The notes below the pieces were generated by a model. It saw only the letters and a list, made by a program, of their open reading frames with translations, ran no database searches and was not told where the DNA came from. A stretch of 62,815 nt of DNA, filler included. It is 9 parts of 9 records of this genome, joined end to end, with 100 filler letters (N's around TTAATTAATTAA, not from the genome) between each part and the next. Parts side by side here need not be neighbours in the genome. Positions count along the whole stretch, not along the records: positions 57,304 to 62,815 come from SRR7504441_3982; 8 more parts are not named here. One strand, 5' to 3'. Positions within the stretch are counted from its first letter, which is position 1. Every line of letters starts with the position of its first letter. Shown one piece after another: positions 57,723 to 62,815 of the stretch. The position numbers and the translations under genes were made by a program.

Positions 57723-58452
57723 ATGGCCACCAACGACTGGGCCGGGCTACTGCAACAGGCCGAGGCCAAGGAGCTCAATTCCCAGCAAGACCTGGCAGCG
57801 GCGCGGGAGCACATGATGTACTGCCTGATCCTGGGCGAGCTGTACCACTGCCCTCAGCCCCCAGCCGCCGCCGAGCCCCGGGCAGGGACCGGGCTAGATT
57901 CCTGTGGAAGCGCTCGTCGGCGCACCAGTCGGACGCCCAATTCCAGGCCGCCACGTCTGGCCCGCGCCCGCCGAGCCGGGGGTTGCAGGCCCTCTGGCAA
58001 GTCGGGAAGGCCCTATGGGCCAACCAGTGGCCCGTCGCATTCGCCAGCATCAACGCGTGCCCGGACGTGGCCGGACTCGTGGGCGCGCTCCGAGGTGGCT
58101 GCCTGTGGAGGGCTGGGCTCACCGCCTCGCAGATGCGGTGCGGGAGCGATCGGCCAAGCTGATGGCGGCTGCTTATCAAGACTTGACCAAGGCGTCAGCG
58201 GCAGAATTGCTCGGGATGGACGAGGCGTCCGCAGTGGAGTGTACGCCCCGATCCGGCCGGCGGCTGAGCTGGGTGGCAGATTGCCATGGGCTCGGGTGGA
58301 AGAGCGACGCCACCCATGTGTTCCCGGCCAGCATGGCGGAGGTGCGGCGCGGTCGCCGGACCGGGGCTGAGCTGGGACAGGACGCCGGACCGGGGGTGCA
58401 GAACCTGCAGAGTGTGAGCGACATGGCAAAGATCGCCATCAACTTGCATTAA
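57723..58452 (+). CDS. CSN8: COP9 signalosome subunit 8-like
   Basis: Spliced ARFLWKR, LWQVGKALW, VRER..KLMAAAY, LLGM and GW. Confidence 0.75.
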
Positions 58453-58793
58453 GCCAAGATCGCGCACCCGCCGGGTTATTATCCATACGAGTAGAAGCAG
58501 TTTACTATAGAGGGACACTTGTAGGGACGTCGACCGCACGAAGCTTATACAAATATAGCGTACATCTTCCTAACTTCTTCCACAGTTGATGCCCCGCCCA
58601 CTGACCGATAATTATACTAATACTAAAAAAGGACGGGTATACTCTAAAAGGACGAGTATTTAAGTACCTCAAAGCTTACAAGAAGCCGTCAATCCGTGAT
58701 GCAATCCGTGATAGCTGTACTGCCGCTGCTCGGCATCCGCAAACGCCGGGTTGGCCTTCATCACGGCGATGGTAACACAGGGCTGAGGGCAGC

Positions 58794-61700
58794 ATGGAGC
58801 AGCAGGCGGACGGCTGGTTCAGGCGCGGGCGCACCCAGACAGACAACTGGTTCAGCGGGCGCCCGCGCGAAGAGGGCCGGTCCAACACCTGGAGCCCCTC
58901 CTGGTTCCGAGGACCAAAGCCGGCGGCGGGCCAGCTCAGGTCCGAGCTGCCTGCGCTCGATGTGCCAGACGATGCCGGCGGGCCCACCCCGCGGAACAAG
59001 CTGCTGCCCAATCAGGCCGAGAGGAACAGGGCGGCGGTGCAGCTGGCCACCCCGGACGTGCGCAGTGAGCACATCATGACGCCGCTGCTCGAGTCGATGC
59101 CGTTGCAGCGGGTGGATATCACCGTGGAGGACTCGTTTCGGCTAGCCGAGCAGTTCATCAGGGACGGTCGGGTGGGCCGGTGCATCCGGGTCCGGCTCCA
59201 GACCGGCTGGCGGCTGACGGGCTGGGCAGGTGCACTTGCAAGACGACACCACCAGGCGGGTGGAGATGGTGGCGGACTCGGACGGGTTTAAGTCGGTGAT
59301 ACAGATCACCGGGATCTTCACCATGTTCTTCCACATGGCGGTGCCCGAGCAGGAGGTGGTGCACTATGTGGCGCTGGCTGGCTCGCTCGTGTTTGCTACT
59401 TTTGAGTCTGTGAAGCTCTGGGCGTTCGGACTTTACTACCTGAGAGGCAAACCGTGGCAGCGCTCTGAGGTGTTCCTGGTGTTTGCGCACCTAACGATTG
59501 TGCTGGTCCCCCGCGAGTCCGTCGGTCGGGCGCTCACAGGGAGAGCAGGTGAATTTTGGAAGACACTGGTGGGGTTATGAAATCAACCCGGGCTGGTATG
59601 AAGTTATGCTGCCGTTCATTATGGTCGCCGGGCCGAGCCAGCCGGCCGCTCACCAACGGACAGATCTGCTGGTCGCGCACCATGCGGCACACGCTGCATT
59701 TAGTACAGCGCACGTTCCTCGCGTCTGTGTGGGCCATTTCCCTAATGTTGCTCGTGCTACTGGTGGTAGCCTATTACGGATTTGTATTATTTGAATACGA
59801 CTACGACGACAGTTATCAGGGCCCAGTCAAGCAGGACAGGTGCTGCTGGCCGCTGCAGGCAGCTAGATGGGCGCGACAGGTATAGCAACCTATACTATGC
59901 GTTCATATCATCATTCTGCGTGCTGACAACAGAGAACTACCCAGCTGTCGAAGTCATCGCGTGGGAGCAGCACAGGTGGGCGCTGGCGTATTTCATGCCG
60001 TTCATCTTCATCACTGTCATCCTGCAAGCTGTTGTGCTGGCCCGAGTGGACTCAGCGTTTACTAGCTCGTTGCTTCATCAAACCAGGCAGCATTCGCCTG
60101 ATCACTGGCTTGAGTGTGATGAAGGTACCATTACTCTAAGGAGCTCCGGGGCTACGCATTTGCGTTCCTGGCCATAACCCTTCCGGAGCAAGCTCAGCGC
60201 GAAGGGATGCTGTACCGTTCGCGAGGCAATAGGTGACCTTGCGCATGCGTGCAGCCTGACGGGGGGCAGCACCACCACATCCTCCGGTGTGGATCTAGAA
60301 CCCGATCAAGCTCAAAACCAGACCGAGCCCGAGCGCCCTGATAATCCAGATCCGGACCTCCCTGATAAGGAGCCCTCCATATCTCCGGAGCAGGCAGCTG
60401 GCCAGAGGGCTGTGTCGCTAACCCGTGGGCAGTGGCTGCGGCTGGTCCGATATTTCTCTAGCAGCGAGCAGAAGGCCAGAGCGTTCGCGGACGTTACTTT
60501 CTTCTTCAGGGACGAAGACGCCTCCGGAGATATTTCTCTGCTCGAGTTCATGGGTCTAGCCGAGTTGCTCAAATTCGAAATTACAGACGAGGCACACCCT
60601 GACTGTGGCTTGGCTCGAATGTTTGGTAGGTGGATATGCTAAAGAATCGGTCGTATCACCAACCAGGGTGGGGAGTCTTCCGAGGCTGGTCAGGCCAGCA
60701 CTCGGGCGCCGGCTGATGTTGCGACAGGTCAGAGACTTCGGTATTTGTGAGCTGCTCTGCCATAAATATAATTGGTTCGACGCTCTTCTTAGTGCACCCT
60801 TCATTCGCCACGCATAAGCGAAGCGACAACGGGTCGTGGCTGCCTGACAGCACGATGAACTGGATAGCGCTCTTTCTGGTGTTTTTATTCTTTGTCGAGG
60901 TGCCTGCTTTGAGGCTGGCGGGCTGGAGCTGCAGGACAGGTGGTGATTCGAATACTGAGCCGAGGATTCCGGCACCACATTAGAAGCTTTTTCGATATGT
61001 TCGAGCTATTCATCTTGCTAATCTCGGGCCTGCTCGGATTCTGGCACGGCTGGCGCGGGGCCACGCTCCTAGTGCTCCGTGTGTTCTCTCTCTTCCGCTG
61101 GTCGATGTGGCAACCGACCAATACCGTGCTGTATTGGGCAGACTACTGCACACTGTGGCTGTTTGGCTCGTCGCTGCGGAGGAATATCTACGACTTCATG
61201 ATTCAAGTCAAATTCACCTGGGAGCGCACTTCGTCGCTTTTTCTTTACACCGGTCTGGTTTGTTTGTGTGACTAGCCTGAGCCACGCATCTTGCAGGTGG
61301 GCTACTCTTCTTGGTTCAGTACTTCTTCGCTGTCTGTGGCTGCATGCTGATAGGAAATAGCCTAGCAGGGATCAACGCGGACGCGGATGCACCGATGCAC
61401 GGTGCCTCTGCTGACCAGGCTCTGGCGATTCAGGCTGGCCAGGGACTTACGGTGAGATGACTAACTTCAACAGTGTTGGTTCAGCGATGGTCGCGATGTT
61501 CCAAGTGATGCTCACTAATAACTGGAACGGTGACCTTTCCATGTCGTGCGGCCGCTGAGGGGCTAGCGCAGACATTCTGTACAGCTCGATGGCGGCCACT
61601 ATCCCGCTGATCGGGCTGTTCTTCATCACTTACTACATCTTGGTCCCTGTGTTATTCCTTAACATCTTTACATCGATCGTGCTATCCAGCTTTAAAGCAG

Positions 61701-62532
61701 ACTACGCGGAGACCCAGGCCCCAGGTGCTGGCCATCCAGCCGCGCTCCGGCCGGCTGACCGGGGCTTTTCAGGCCCGATTGTGGTCGAGCGTGGCGGGAA
61801 GCTGTACCGGCTGGAGCGGAAGGGGTACCGTCGGGGTCTAGAGTTGCACATGGATTTGGTCGAGAACACCAAGCAGGAGCTTATCCAAGACATTATCAAC
61901 GGTGGCGTGTTTGAGACGACCGTGATGAGCGGCGTGGAGGAGGAGCTACTCAATCAACGGCAGGCCTTTGCGGTATCTCCCGACCGGTCCGCAGCTGCTC
62001 ACCAGTACGCCCAGGTGCTCCAGCTACGCCATCAGAAGCAGAAGCTCCTCGAGCGTAGGCTCAAGACCGAGCAGGCGTTTGCTGCGACGAGCATCCACGA
62101 GATCCAGCGAGCCTCCACGCACCCTGCAGAGCTGGTATGCTCCCTCTCGGGCCGATTGGTGTCATTCTGTGCCGGTAGGATTCTCGCGCCCGTTCTGGCA
62201 CTGTCGGTAGGCACAACCAAGAGCTGTTCGACACCGTGCAGCGGGCGGCCAGCATGCCATCTGCACCTCTGGAGGACTCGCCGTCTGGTCGGACCAGGAG
62301 CCAAAGCCACGGGATGCTGCACCCTGTGGTGAACGATATGCAGCTGCAGGAGCTGCGTGGGCTGCATGAGGAGAGCTGCAGGATGAAGCAGGGCGCGACC
62401 GACCAAGAGCAGACTGACGCTCTGGGCCGGATCTTCGAGGGGCCGCGCGTGAGGCTGCACAGCTCGGTGCTGGAGGTGCTGCCCCCCAAAGACATGGAGA
62501 GGTTCTCAATGGAAATAGACACAAACTATTGA
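58794..62532 (+). CDS. Second two-pore channel (TPC family) with linker EF-hand
   Basis: Pore I VLTTENYP, EF loop DEDASGDISLLEF, pore II NFNSVG..MFQVMLTNNWN, and S6 VLFLNIFTSIVL. Confidence 0.85.
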
Positions 62533-62815
62533 TGACACTTCTGCACGTCTCTGGGGACAGCACATCGAGCATTGCGCGCGAGTATAGCGCGAGTATGTAG
62601 CGCACGAGTTGTGTTCGAGCTTTGTATGTAACACTTTAATTAAGAGTTAGCTTAGGGATAAGGGATTGCTTACATGTATTACATTTTACTTGCGATTATC
62701 AATAATCACTTTTTCAAAATGATAAATGAAAGCTCTATGATATAAGCTATGACTTGTACGAGTACTTGCTAAGCACTTGCTAAGTATATAGTAAGTATAT
62801 AGCCCTCCTCTTGTG

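Noticed and set aside
1-62815. Alternative genetic code or programmed frameshifting to explain fragmented ORFs
   Set aside because: Nearly all stops and shifts examined in conserved genes fall in short GT/GC-AG introns, and TAA, TAG and TGA all terminate genes.
1-62815. rRNA, tRNA, CRISPR arrays, transposase or viral genes
   Set aside because: None recognisable by eye. Small ncRNAs cannot be excluded without covariance-model searches.

Overview
This is eukaryotic (protist-type) nuclear DNA, not one locus. Nine contigs are joined by eight artificial 100-nt spacers (N44-TTAATTAATTAA-N44), so neighbourhoods across spacers are meaningless. The genome is gene-dense and GC-rich, uses the standard code, and has many tiny (mostly 35-47 nt) GT-AG/GC-AG introns that fragment the ORF track. 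Start-to-start gaps are very short and stop-to-stop gaps are AT-rich. About 30 genes or fragments are recognisable, including two two-pore channels, a Rho GTPase, cytochrome c, a membrane lipase, TPR-cyclophilin, NAA40, a FYVE protein, a large EF-hand protein, LIM-RhoGEF, ankyrin/SF-assemblin, PRMT7, two actin-like genes, PFK2/FBPase2, ING and CSN8. The standout (31889-37146) is a single spliced gene fusing a UBA6-like E1 to a GST-like fold, a UBL, a UBZ finger, a BIRC6-type E2 with intact catalytic Cys, a UBA-like domain, a WWE domain and several RanBP2/NZF-type zinc fingers. It looks like a self-contained ubiquitin activation-conjugation-reader enzyme. Other notable items are a FAAL-ACAD-ACP-KS megasynthase fragment, a 41-nt intron with TSD+TIR introner architecture, an intron holding a duplicated splice site plus telomeric repeats, and a 548-bp inversion inside a coiled-coil gene. 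All family assignments come from motif recognition by eye; no searches were run.
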